Source: Candidatus Zixiibacteriota bacterium
Lineage (GTDB): Bacteria > Zixibacteria > MSB-5A5 > GN15 > JAAZOE01
Direction of reading: 5' to 3'
DNA: 64,000 nt
Assembly (NCBI GenBank): GCA_043819555.1
Contig: JBDREQ010000025.1
Coordinates: 162,244 to 226,243 of the forward strand
Below, piece by piece: positions 1-8,714 of this stretch. The position numbers and the translations under genes are program-made. Under the pieces are notes generated by a model. That model searched no databases. It saw nothing but the letters and a program-made list of their open reading frames with translations, and was not told the origin of the DNA. The first letter of the stretch is position 1; each line of letters opens with the position of its first letter.

Positions 1-2
1 CA

Positions 3-92
3 AGGCAAAGAGCCGAGTCAGGTTATTACGATTCAGCCCAAGTCAAGGAGGAAATCGCCAGAAGAATCGCAGATGATGTTTTTGGTGAATGA
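3..92 (+). CDS. 3' end of a probable anti-sigma-28 factor (FlgM-like), truncated by the window edge
   Basis: Frame 3 reads RQRAESGYYDSAQVKEEIARRIADDVFGE* (TGA 90-92), resembling the FlgM C-terminal 'SGxY..x..IAxxI' helix. Only 29 codons are visible. Confidence 0.5.
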   Translation, partial: RQRAESGYYDSAQVKEEIARRIADDVFGE

Positions 93-120
93 CTTCGTTT
101 GACCGGGGGAGAATGATTTT

Positions 121-1026
121 ATGACGACTCAACTGATTGATTCAGGGATAGAAGAGAAGATCATAAGCGTAATCGGAGGAGTAAATAATTTGCCGACTCC
201 GCCAATTGTATTTTCTCAAATACAGAAAGTGCTGAATAATCCCAATACTTCGGCATTTGATATTGCCGCAATTCTACAGGAAGATCCGGCAATATCAGCC
301 AAAGTTCTAAAACTTACTAATTCCGCATATTATGGATTAGCCAAAGAAATTGAATCTGTCCGGCAGGCCGTCGTTATCGTCGGCCTGGAGGCCATTAAAA
401 ATCTGGTACTATCCGCCTCAATATTCGAAGCTTTTTCAAACTGCCAATTGGATAAAGAATTTCAAGATACATTTTGGAGGCATTCGCTGGGTACTGCCTT
501 TGCCGCCCGTCTTTTTGCTTATAAACTTAGGGCGAACATGGGATTTGAGGCCGAATCCGCTTTTTCGGCAGGGATGCTTCATGATATCGGCAAGATGGTT
601 ATTTCTGTGTTTATGCGGGATGAAGCAAAATGGCTCGACGAACTAAAAGAGCAAAAGCCGGATTTGCCGGATCATGCTCTCGAACAAGAGGTGCTGGGAT
701 ATAATCATGCTCAGATCGGATCACTACTGGCTAGACAGTGGATACTGCCGCATAAATTGCAGGAAACTATTATGTATCATCACTTCCCTCAATTGGCTGA
801 AAGTGATAACAATAATCTCCCATATTTGATTCATATATCGGATTATTTGGCCCATTATACCTTTGACTTTGATCCGGAAGAAGAAGAGGAATTCAAGGAA
901 TCTTTGCAGGATGGTGTTCTGAATTATGTTGGGACCTCCTTAAACAGTTTGCTTTCTTTTTCTCCGTCGCTCCGTGAAGAATACAGCAAATCGGAAACCT
1001 TTTTGGAAATGGCTAAAGGTCTGTAA
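121..1026 (+). CDS. HDOD domain-containing signal transduction protein
   Basis: LPTPP start, QEDPAISAKVLKLTNSAYYG, FWRHSL, AGMLHDIGK, EQEVLGYNHAQIG, HHFP. Confidence 0.9.
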   Translation: MTTQLIDSGIEEKIISVIGGVNNLPTPPIVFSQIQKVLNNPNTSAFDIAAILQEDPAISAKVLKLTNSAYYGLAKEIESVRQAVVIVGLEAIKNLVLSASIFEAFSNCQLDKEFQDTFWRHSLGTAFAARLFAYKLRANMGFEAESAFSAGMLHDIGKMVISVFMRDEAKWLDELKEQKPDLPDHALEQEVLGYNHAQIGSLLARQWILPHKLQETIMYHHFPQLAESDNNNLPYLIHISDYLAHYTFDFDPEEEEEFKESLQDGVLNYVGTSLNSLLSFSPSLREEYSKSETFLEMAKGL

Positions 1027-1086
1027 GCTGTTATAATTCAGTAAAATAGTTTCCCGTATCATTTTAATGTTATCGCTGTATCGCTG

Positions 1087-1113
1087 TTAATATTTTGAAC
1101 AATTTGCCGATTC
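1087..1113 (+). promoter_or_regulatory. Putative sigma28 (FliA) promoter
   Basis: TTAA-N15-GCCGATTC versus consensus TAAA-N15-GCCGATAA, about 105 nt upstream of the TPR-glycosyltransferase. Confidence 0.45.
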
Positions 1114-1219
1114 AGATAACACAGATTCATAATGAAACAATGCCCCAAAAAATGCACCCGGATCATAAGGGAATAATTGGTGGCGGGCATTGGCCGTAAA
1201 ATGAAATTAGTATTTTGTC

Positions 1220-2665
1220 ATGGAGCGACAGAAAATGTCTGAGTTGCTTACAGAAGCCGAGCAGCTTTATAAGCGGGGATATGTTGATGAAGCGAAAGAA
1301 CGATTTCAAAACCTACTCCAAAAAGATCCTCGCAATAAACAAGCGCTTAATAATCTTGGTGTGTTGGCCTATGAAGAAAACAATTCGGGTGTCGCCGCCC
1401 GGTATTTTACTCAGGCATTAGAAATCGACCCGTTCTATAAAGATGCTATCTTAAATATCTGTGATGTACTTCGTGAAAACGGGAATCTGAATGCCGCCGG
1501 ATCATTACTTGAAATTGCTGTCAAAGAATATCCTGATGACACTGCGCTCGCTCGTCTATATGGCGAATCTCAATATGGCATTATCATATCTCCCAGAGAA
1601 CAGGATTTCTTATTCAATGATAACGAGCAGGAATCGCCATCTGAACGCGTTAAAACTCTCAGAATTCTTCAAGGCACCTATGAGATAGCCAATCAGAGCC
1701 ATACGATATCAAAAGCTCTGGATTCTCAAGGTATAATTTGCAAAACGCTTTGCTATTACCCAAATTATCTGAAATATAAATCGGACTATGTCATCGATCT
1801 CGCATCTTATAAGGATGCCCGCGAGGCGAATTCCCATCTTATGAAATTTGCCAAGCAATTAATTCCTCAATTTGATGTATTTCATTTTCACTTCGGGACG
1901 ACCTTGACTCTTGATCATTCCGATTTGCCGGCGCTTAAAGAGGCCGGGAAAAAGATAGTTACCCATTATTGGGGAAGTGATGTGAGATTAATGTCCAAAG
2001 CCACCGAATTCAATCCTTATATAAAAGTTAAAGGCAACAGTGAAGAGGGCATCATTCGCGACATGGAATTAATGGCTAAATATGTTTCGCATTGTATTGT
2101 CGGCGATGAAGAGTTATATCAATATGTCAAGGATTATTTCGAGCATGTCCATATTATTCGGGCGGCGATAGACCTCAGTAAATACTTACCGCCAATAAAT
2201 AAAAAAGACAACGATAATTTCTTGATCGTGCATGCTCCCACCGATTCGGATATCAAAGGTTCCGCTTATATTCAGAAGGCGGTTGATGAGCTTGAAGCAG
2301 AATATGATTTTGAATATCGTTTGGTCAAAGGGATGTCGTATGACGAGGCTAAGAGAAATTATGCCGAAGCCGATTTGATTGTTGATGAACTGCATTGCGG
2401 CAGTTATGGTCTTTTGTCAATCGAGACAATGGCGATGGAAAAGCCGGTTATTATCTGGATATGCGATTTTATGCGCGAAAAATATCCGCAAGAGTTGCCC
2501 ATTATATCTGCCAATCAGGATACGGTGAAAAATAAGATTAAATATGCCCTGGATAATCGAGATGAAATCAAAGAAATTGGGCGGCAGGGCAGGCTTTATG
2601 TTGAAAAATACCATGACATGAAGAAGATAGCCCGGCAATTGATAGAGTTATATCAGGAAATATAG
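1220..2665 (+). CDS. TPR-repeat plus GT-B (GT4-like) glycosyltransferase
   Basis: N-terminal TPRs (ALNNLGVLAY, ALEIDPFYKDA). C-terminal part has FHFHF, YWGSDVR, IVHAPTDSDIKGS, ADLIVDE, YGLLSIETMAMEKPVI. Confidence 0.85.
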   Translation: MERQKMSELLTEAEQLYKRGYVDEAKERFQNLLQKDPRNKQALNNLGVLAYEENNSGVAARYFTQALEIDPFYKDAILNICDVLRENGNLNAAGSLLEIAVKEYPDDTALARLYGESQYGIIISPREQDFLFNDNEQESPSERVKTLRILQGTYEIANQSHTISKALDSQGIICKTLCYYPNYLKYKSDYVIDLASYKDAREANSHLMKFAKQLIPQFDVFHFHFGTTLTLDHSDLPALKEAGKKIVTHYWGSDVRLMSKATEFNPYIKVKGNSEEGIIRDMELMAKYVSHCIVGDEELYQYVKDYFEHVHIIRAAIDLSKYLPPINKKDNDNFLIVHAPTDSDIKGSAYIQKAVDELEAEYDFEYRLVKGMSYDEAKRNYAEADLIVDELHCGSYGLLSIETMAMEKPVIIWICDFMREKYPQELPIISANQDTVKNKIKYALDNRDEIKEIGRQGRLYVEKYHDMKKIARQLIELYQEI

Positions 2666-2685
2666 ATTAACGGAGATTTGAACAA

Positions 2686-3234
2686 ATGGATATTTCAAGA
2701 GCCAATAAATATTCGACCCACGGTAGAGGTGATTATTCGCCTGCCGATTTCAAGGAACTGGGTCGGAATGTCATTTTTGAAAACGGCATGTTGGTGTTTC
2801 ACCCGGAAAATATTACTATTGGCGATAATGTTTATATCGGCCACAATACTATCTTAAAGGCCTACTATAAAAACTACATGACAATCGACTCCGATACCTG
2901 GATTGGCCAGGGATGTTTTTTCCATAGCGCCGGCGGCATCGCAATCGGTCGCGCTGTCGGAATTGGCCCGGGCGTGAAGATATTGACATCGGCACATGAC
3001 GATAGGATCACTGAAATTCCGGTGATGCATAATGATTTGAAATTTGCTCCGGTGGTCATTGGAGATGGGTCCGATATCGGAATAGGTTCAATAGTATTAC
3101 CCGGTGTGACTATTGGTCAGGGTGCGATTATCGGCGCCGGATCGGTTGTGACACGGGACGTTCCCGATTATACAATTGTTGCGGGAACTCCGGCCAAATT
3201 GATCCGAATGCGAAGGGAATTAGTCCAGGTATGA
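2686..3234 (+). CDS. Hexapeptide-repeat sugar N/O-acyltransferase
   Basis: Left-handed beta-helix repeats (IGDNVYIG, VLPGVTIGQGAIIGAGSVVTRDVP, AGTPAK). Confidence 0.9.
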   Translation: MDISRANKYSTHGRGDYSPADFKELGRNVIFENGMLVFHPENITIGDNVYIGHNTILKAYYKNYMTIDSDTWIGQGCFFHSAGGIAIGRAVGIGPGVKILTSAHDDRITEIPVMHNDLKFAPVVIGDGSDIGIGSIVLPGVTIGQGAIIGAGSVVTRDVPDYTIVAGTPAKLIRMRRELVQV

Positions 3235-3881
3235 TTGTTATCGTCGATTATGGCATGGGCAATCTGCGTTCGATTCAGAACATGCTAAAGCATTTGAATA
3301 TCGTGTCGGAGATTTCTTCAGATAGATATAAAATATCTGCAGCGTCAAAAATTATTCTGCCGGGAGTCGGGTCATTTGACAAAGCTGTTGAAAATATCGA
3401 TAAATTGAACATCCGTGAACTGCTTTTAAAAAGAGTGAGGGAAGATAAAATTCCCTTTCTGGGAATATGCCTTGGAATGCAGCTACTCGGTAATTCAAGC
3501 GAAGAGGGCACACTTGCCGGATTGGGACTGATAAATGGATCCTCCCATAAATTCAATTTTGAATCCAGACAAATCAAAATTCCTCACATGGGTTGGAATA
3601 CAGTAAGTAGTAAAAAAGACAGCATTCTTTTTAGTGATATGCCAGAAGATTTACGATTCTATTTTGCCCACTCCTATCATTTCATATGCGAAAACATGAC
3701 TGATATTCTGGCGACAACTGAATATGGTAATGAGTTTGTCTCAGCCATATCAAAAGGAAATATTTATGGAGTCCAGTTTCATCCTGAAAAGAGCCATAAA
3801 TTTGGAATGAAGCTGCTCAAGAAATTCTCGGAGTTGAAACAGGATGTTGATGACAAGAGTTATGCCTTGTCTGTTGCTTGA
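3231..3881 (+). CDS. HisH-like glutamine amidotransferase (WbuY/AglY-type, glycan amidination)
   Basis: DYGMGNLRS, LPGVGSF, LGICLGMQLL (catalytic Cys), QFHPEKS. Adjacent to HisF-like and WbuX-like genes. Confidence 0.88.
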   Translation: MIVIVDYGMGNLRSIQNMLKHLNIVSEISSDRYKISAASKIILPGVGSFDKAVENIDKLNIRELLLKRVREDKIPFLGICLGMQLLGNSSEEGTLAGLGLINGSSHKFNFESRQIKIPHMGWNTVSSKKDSILFSDMPEDLRFYFAHSYHFICENMTDILATTEYGNEFVSAISKGNIYGVQFHPEKSHKFGMKLLKKFSELKQDVDDKSYALSVA

Positions 3882-4611
3882 TGACGGGCGTTTGGTAAAA
3901 ACCATAAAATTCAAAAATCCGCGATATATCGCCGATCCGATTAATGCCCTGAAGATTTATAACGGCAAAAAAGTCGATGAGCTGATACTTCTTGAGATTA
4001 CCGCGACCCGTCAAAATCGCGAACCGTCTTATGATATCATAGAAGAAGTCGCTTCGGAATGTTTTATGCCAGTTGCCTATGGCGGCGGTATAAGAAACAT
4101 CGGCGACATGAAAACGATTTATTCGCTCGGAATCGAAAAAATATCGATCAATAGTTATGCAGTGGAAAATCCTGAGTTTATAAAAAAGGCCGCCGATTTA
4201 TTTGGTTCGCAAAGCGTCATCGTTTCGATTGATGTCAAAAAGAATATGTTTGGTAAGTACCGTGTGATGACTCAAGGTGGAACTCAGAATACAAAATATG
4301 ATCCATTCGAATTTACCCAAATAGCGGAAACGCATGGCGCCGGAGAATTAATTATCAATTCTATAGATCGTGATGGAACTTTTGAAGGATACGATATCAA
4401 TCTTCTGAAAAGTATCACTTCAACGGTGTCAATACCGGTAGTATCTTTGGGCGGAGCCGGATGCGTCAATGATATTGTTAAAGCTGTCATCAAAGGCGGA
4501 GCCTCAGCCGCTGCGGCCGGTAGTTTATTTGTCTATCAGGGTAAAGATATGGGGGTGTTAATCAATTTTCCTCAACGGAAAGAAATAGAAGCGGGATTAA
4601 AAAATGGATAG
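3844..4611 (+). CDS. HisF-like cyclase-fold protein (WbuZ/AglZ-type ammonia channel)
   Basis: RVMPCLLL, VDELILLEI, MPVAYGGG, NSIDRDGTFEGYD and the AAAAGSLFVY...VLINFP tail typical of glycan-associated HisF paralogs. Confidence 0.88.
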   Translation: MLMTRVMPCLLLDDGRLVKTIKFKNPRYIADPINALKIYNGKKVDELILLEITATRQNREPSYDIIEEVASECFMPVAYGGGIRNIGDMKTIYSLGIEKISINSYAVENPEFIKKAADLFGSQSVIVSIDVKKNMFGKYRVMTQGGTQNTKYDPFEFTQIAETHGAGELIINSIDRDGTFEGYDINLLKSITSTVSIPVVSLGGAGCVNDIVKAVIKGGASAAAAGSLFVYQGKDMGVLINFPQRKEIEAGLKNG

Positions 4612-5863
4612 CAATGTGCAGGTATGCGCCCGATGTATTTACGACAAACGTATTCCCAATATAGAATTCGATAGCGAAGGGATTTGCAATTACTGCAGGG
4701 AAACTGAAGGACTGGAAATAGAATTCCCAACTGGTGAGAAGGGTTGGGAAATCCTAAAGAATATAGCGGATAGAATTAAACGCAAAGGCAGCGGGGAAAA
4801 ATACGACGTCGTCGTTGGGGTCAGCGGCGGATGTGATTCATCCTATCTTTTGTATTTCGCCAAAGAAAAACTGGGACTTCGCCCATTGGCGGTTCATTTT
4901 GATAATACCTGGAATTCAAAAATGGCTGTTGAGAATATTTATCGAGTTACAAAAAAACTGGATATTGATTTATATACTCATGTCGTTGATAATAAAGAAT
5001 ACAATGATATCTATAAGTCGTTTTTCAAAGCATCGGTTCCGGAAATTGATACTCCGGCCGATATTGGTTTGATAACGACATTGTATATGGCGGCGGCGAA
5101 ATTTGGAATTAAATATATTATGGACGGCCATTCATTTCGCTCCGAAGGCATCTCGCCTCAGGGTTGGTTTTATATGGATGCCAGATATATTGAGAACATT
5201 CAAAGGAAATTTGGTTGTCGGAAAATCAAGACCCTGCCGTTGCTGAAATTAGGGAAATGGATGAAATGGGCGATGGTCAATCGAATCAAAAGAATCCGGC
5301 CTTTATGGTATCTGGATTACAATAAGGCCGAAGTCAAAGACTTCCTAACCGGGGAATATGGCTGGCAATGGTATGGCGGCCATCACATGGAAAACCGCTC
5401 GGCTTATTTCGCCAACAATTATTATCTGCCTGAAAAATTCGAAATTGATCTGCGCTATTGTGAATATTCGGCTCTTGTTCGTGCCGGTCAAATGAGCCGG
5501 GAAGAAGCCCTGCGGAAAATCGCCGAGGAAAAGCCATTTGACATGGATATCCTCTCAGAAATTAAAAAACGGCTGGGTTTTAGCAATGATGAATTTGATT
5601 ATGTAATGAATCAGCCGAAAAAAACATTTTTGGATTACCCCACATATAAGCCGGTCTTTGAACGATACCGCTGGCTGTTTTGGATAATGTACAAGCTGGA
5701 TCTGGCCCCTAAGAGCTTTTATGTCAAATACACCAAAAAACATACCGCCGAAGAAATTCAAACGATTAGGAACATCGGAAATATTATATTGCCGTGGCAT
5801 GCGATGCAAAATGTACAGATTGATAAAACGATATCTGAAACAAAAATTCCTGAATTAGCCTAA
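4604..5863 (+). CDS. N-acetyl sugar amidotransferase (WbuX/WbpG/PseA family)
   Basis: N-terminal CARC...CNYC, PP-loop GVSGGCDSS, LAVHFDNTWNS, YGGHHME, SALVRAGQMSREEAL. Confidence 0.88.
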   Translation: MDSNVQVCARCIYDKRIPNIEFDSEGICNYCRETEGLEIEFPTGEKGWEILKNIADRIKRKGSGEKYDVVVGVSGGCDSSYLLYFAKEKLGLRPLAVHFDNTWNSKMAVENIYRVTKKLDIDLYTHVVDNKEYNDIYKSFFKASVPEIDTPADIGLITTLYMAAAKFGIKYIMDGHSFRSEGISPQGWFYMDARYIENIQRKFGCRKIKTLPLLKLGKWMKWAMVNRIKRIRPLWYLDYNKAEVKDFLTGEYGWQWYGGHHMENRSAYFANNYYLPEKFEIDLRYCEYSALVRAGQMSREEALRKIAEEKPFDMDILSEIKKRLGFSNDEFDYVMNQPKKTFLDYPTYKPVFERYRWLFWIMYKLDLAPKSFYVKYTKKHTAEEIQTIRNIGNIILPWHAMQNVQIDKTISETKIPELA

Positions 5864-5864
5864 T

Positions 5865-5893
5865 AAAAAAAAACGCGCCGAAAGGCGCGTTTT
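5865..5893. terminator. Bidirectional intrinsic terminator between convergent genes
   Basis: A-run followed by AAACGCGCC-GAAA-GGCGCGTTT(T). Confidence 0.85.
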
Positions 5894-5917
5894 AGGTTTC
5901 CCCTCATTTTATATTTT

Positions 5918-6970
5918 TCATATGGCAACTAATTCATCAATATTTTTCACGGCATTGACTGAATCCAAATATTCGGGAAGCGAACTGAAATACTGGGCCG
6001 TTCGCAAAATGCCTTCCTCAAGGTCGACGCTGGCTTCGAAACCAAATAGTTTTTTTGCCTTCACAACCGAAGGAATGCGAAGTTCGACGTCGGGGCCGGG
6101 GTGCGGAACAAACCGGATTTTTGATTTTGAATTTAAAACCCTGACGACAGTCTGGGCCAGTCCAAAAACCGTGATTACCGCGCGAGCATTGCCAATGTTA
6201 AAAGATTCACCGACCGCGTTGGGCATAGTCATTGCCAGCATCAGGCCTTCAATAAAATCATCAATATAACACCATGCTCGAATTTGATTACCTTCACCCT
6301 GCACAAAAATATCTTCGTCTCGCAAGGAGCGTTTAATGAAAGTGGACAATGCTCCCTCGCCGACCTGTCCCGGACCATAGATATTAAACGGTCTGACCGT
6401 TACTATTGGCATGCCATATTCCTGATGAAACGCCTTAGCCATATGCTCACCGGCCAATTTGCTGACGGCATACGTCCAACGCGCCTCTCCGACCGCGCCA
6501 ATATGCGTGGTGTCGCTTTCCTCGGACCGAAAAGCCGATTGTCCAAAAACTTCACTGGTCGAAAAATAGACGAGCCGTTCCAATTCAGGAACGGTACGGG
6601 CGGCATCGAGCACTTTGGCCGTGCCAACCATATTGACTCGCATCGTCTCCGTCGGTTTTTGAATGACAGTATCAATCCCCGCTATCGCGGCGCAATGAAT
6701 TACGATATGCGCGCCGTGCATCGCCTCAACCAGAGAATTATAATCCAGAATATCGCCATTTATTATACTTAAATTTGAATGATTCGTAAATGAGCGGTCT
6801 TTGATTGAGTTACGTCGCAGGTTATCGTATATAATAATTTCGTTTTTGTCGAACAATCGTCCTGCCAGAGTAGAGCCGATAAACCCGGCTCCCCCGGTAA
6901 TTAATATTTTTTTCCCGATAATAGGAATTGCCTGACTGGATAAGTTTTTTGAATATAAATGCGGTGTCAT
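5918..6970 (-). CDS. NAD-dependent nucleotide-sugar epimerase/dehydratase (extended SDR)
   Basis: [21 protein letters not shown] (YxxxK), [10 protein letters not shown]. Confidence 0.9.
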   Translation of the reverse strand: MTPHLYSKNLSSQAIPIIGKKILITGGAGFIGSTLAGRLFDKNEIIIYDNLRRNSIKDRSFTNHSNLSIINGDILDYNSLVEAMHGAHIVIHCAAIAGIDTVIQKPTETMRVNMVGTAKVLDAARTVPELERLVYFSTSEVFGQSAFRSEESDTTHIGAVGEARWTYAVSKLAGEHMAKAFHQEYGMPIVTVRPFNIYGPGQVGEGALSTFIKRSLRDEDIFVQGEGNQIRAWCYIDDFIEGLMLAMTMPNAVGESFNIGNARAVITVFGLAQTVVRVLNSKSKIRFVPHPGPDVELRIPSVVKAKKLFGFEASVDLEEGILRTAQYFSSLPEYLDSVNAVKNIDELVAI

Positions 6971-7040
6971 TAATGCTCCATTTTATTAGACTCCATAAAT
7001 CCATTTATGAATTTAAGAGCAATTCGCTGTCTGCTTTAAA

Positions 7041-7067
7041 GTATCGGTAAATATTTTTTTCAATTCA
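7041..7067 (-). promoter_or_regulatory. Putative sigma28-like promoter for the epimerase
   Basis: Minus strand reads TGAA-N15-ACCGATAC, about 70 nt upstream of the ATG at 6970. Confidence 0.35.
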
Positions 7068-7196
7068 GCGATGACAAACCAAAAATTGACAAGGTCTCAT
7101 TAATAGTAGAAAGCCGATTGACTTAGGGAAAATAACTGATTAAATTGCCAGATAATGTCGATATAATAAATACTCATTACAGGGAGACCCAATTAG

Positions 7197-8459
7197 TTGG
7201 GAAATTGTATAAAAAATAACAAATCTTTAGCTACCGTACCAATAACGGCGCCATTGTTTGACGAAAATGAGGAGCGGGGAGTCTGCGAAGTTCTTCGTTC
7301 CGGATGGGTTGCTCAAGGGCCAAAAGTCGCGGAATTTGAAAAGAAGTTCGCTTCTTTCGTAAATTCACCTCATGCGATTGCGGTTTCTTCCTGTACGGCC
7401 GGGTTGCATCTGGCTCTTCGGGCCATGGGTATCGGTCCGGGGGATGAAGTCTTATTGCCATCGTTTACTTTTGTCGCAACCGCTAATTGTATCGAATATA
7501 CGGGGGCCAAACCGATCTTTATCGATATTGACCCGTGGACATTCAATATCAGCCACAGAAATGTTTCGGCATATTTGAGCAAATCGAAATCGGCCGGAAA
7601 GAAAATGCCAAAAGCAATAATTCCGGTTTCGCTCTTTGGATTGTGCGCCGACATGGAATCCATTAATGAAATCGCACAGGAATATAATCTGATCGTGATT
7701 GAAGACGCCGCCTGCGGTATGGGCGCTACTCGGGAAGGAAATCACGCCGGAACCGAAGCCGAACTGGCTGTATTCAGCTTTCATCCCCGCAAGGCAATTA
7801 CAACCGGCGAGGGAGGAATGATAATCACCAAAGATATGGAGCTGGCAAATAAACTCAGAACCATGAGGAATCATGGCGCGTCCGAATCAGATATTGAGAG
7901 GCATGTGGCCGAAGGTGGTTCAATATTGCCGAACTTCAATCAACTCGGATATAACTATAGAATGACTGATTTGCAGGCCGCTGTCGGCGTGGCGCAAATG
8001 GATAAAGTTCCAGACATTTTTGATAACCGAAGACGTGCCGCGGCGCGTTACGATTATTTTCTTCAGGATATAAAAGGAATTGAGACGCCGTATTTGCCCA
8101 ATGGATATAATCATTCCTATCAATCGTATGTTTGTATGTATAAATTCAATGCCATGACCGGGGACCGATTTATTAATTGGGATGCAATTGAAAAATGGAA
8201 TACTGAACGGAATATGATAATGAAGGGTTTGCAGGAACAAGGAATCGCAACCAGACAGGGAACCCATGCCGTCCATACTCTCGGATATTATAAAAACAAA
8301 TATGGATTCGAGGAACACGATTTTCCCTACTCATATATTGCCGACAGACTGTCAATTGCCCTGCCGATTTTTCCTCAAATCACTTCCAGCCAGCAAGGAT
8401 TGGTAGTCGATATTCTCAACACAATCGTTCAGGGTATCAAGAAGATCGGCGGCAGGTAA
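7197..8459 (+). CDS. DegT/DnrJ/EryC1/StrS PLP-dependent sugar aminotransferase
   Basis: SSCTAGLHLAL, FTFVATAN, IEDAAC, FSFHPRKAITTGEGG, GYNYRMTDLQAA. TTG start preceded by GGGAG. Confidence 0.92.
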   Translation: MGNCIKNNKSLATVPITAPLFDENEERGVCEVLRSGWVAQGPKVAEFEKKFASFVNSPHAIAVSSCTAGLHLALRAMGIGPGDEVLLPSFTFVATANCIEYTGAKPIFIDIDPWTFNISHRNVSAYLSKSKSAGKKMPKAIIPVSLFGLCADMESINEIAQEYNLIVIEDAACGMGATREGNHAGTEAELAVFSFHPRKAITTGEGGMIITKDMELANKLRTMRNHGASESDIERHVAEGGSILPNFNQLGYNYRMTDLQAAVGVAQMDKVPDIFDNRRRAAARYDYFLQDIKGIETPYLPNGYNHSYQSYVCMYKFNAMTGDRFINWDAIEKWNTERNMIMKGLQEQGIATRQGTHAVHTLGYYKNKYGFEEHDFPYSYIADRLSIALPIFPQITSSQQGLVVDILNTIVQGIKKIGGR

Positions 8460-8595
8460 ATATTATTTTGGTCAGTAAATTGGAATTTCCCGCCGTTAAT
8501 CGGGCCTTCTCTCACCGATCAAGATTTCCCTTGACAATTCCGATATTTTAATGTAAATATACAGGCTTAATGATTGAGGTATCATATTGATTTGT

Positions 8596-8672
8596 GGGCG
8601 ATTAGCTCAGTTGGTTAGAGTACTTGCTTGACATGCAAGGGGTCACTGGTTCAATTCCAGTATCGCCCACCA
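8596..8672 (+). tRNA. tRNA-Val(GAC)
   Basis: GGGCGAT/ATCGCCC acceptor stem, anticodon arm CTTGC-TTGACAT-GCAAG, T-loop GGTTCAATTCC, encoded CCA. TTGACA at 8531 upstream. Confidence 0.97.
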
Positions 8673-8681
8673 TAAAAGTTT

Positions 8682-8710
8682 AAACCCTTAATTGTAAAGG
8701 GTTTTATTTT
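8682..8710 (+). terminator. Terminator-like hairpin between tRNA-Val and thrS
   Basis: AAACCCTT-AATTGTA-AAGGGTTT followed by TATTTT. Confidence 0.5.
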
Positions 8711-8714
8711 TGAT

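Noticed and set aside
3231..4611. hisH/hisF as histidine biosynthesis genes
   Set aside because: No other his genes are adjacent; they overlap a WbuX-type amidotransferase and have the glycan-associated HisF C-terminus.
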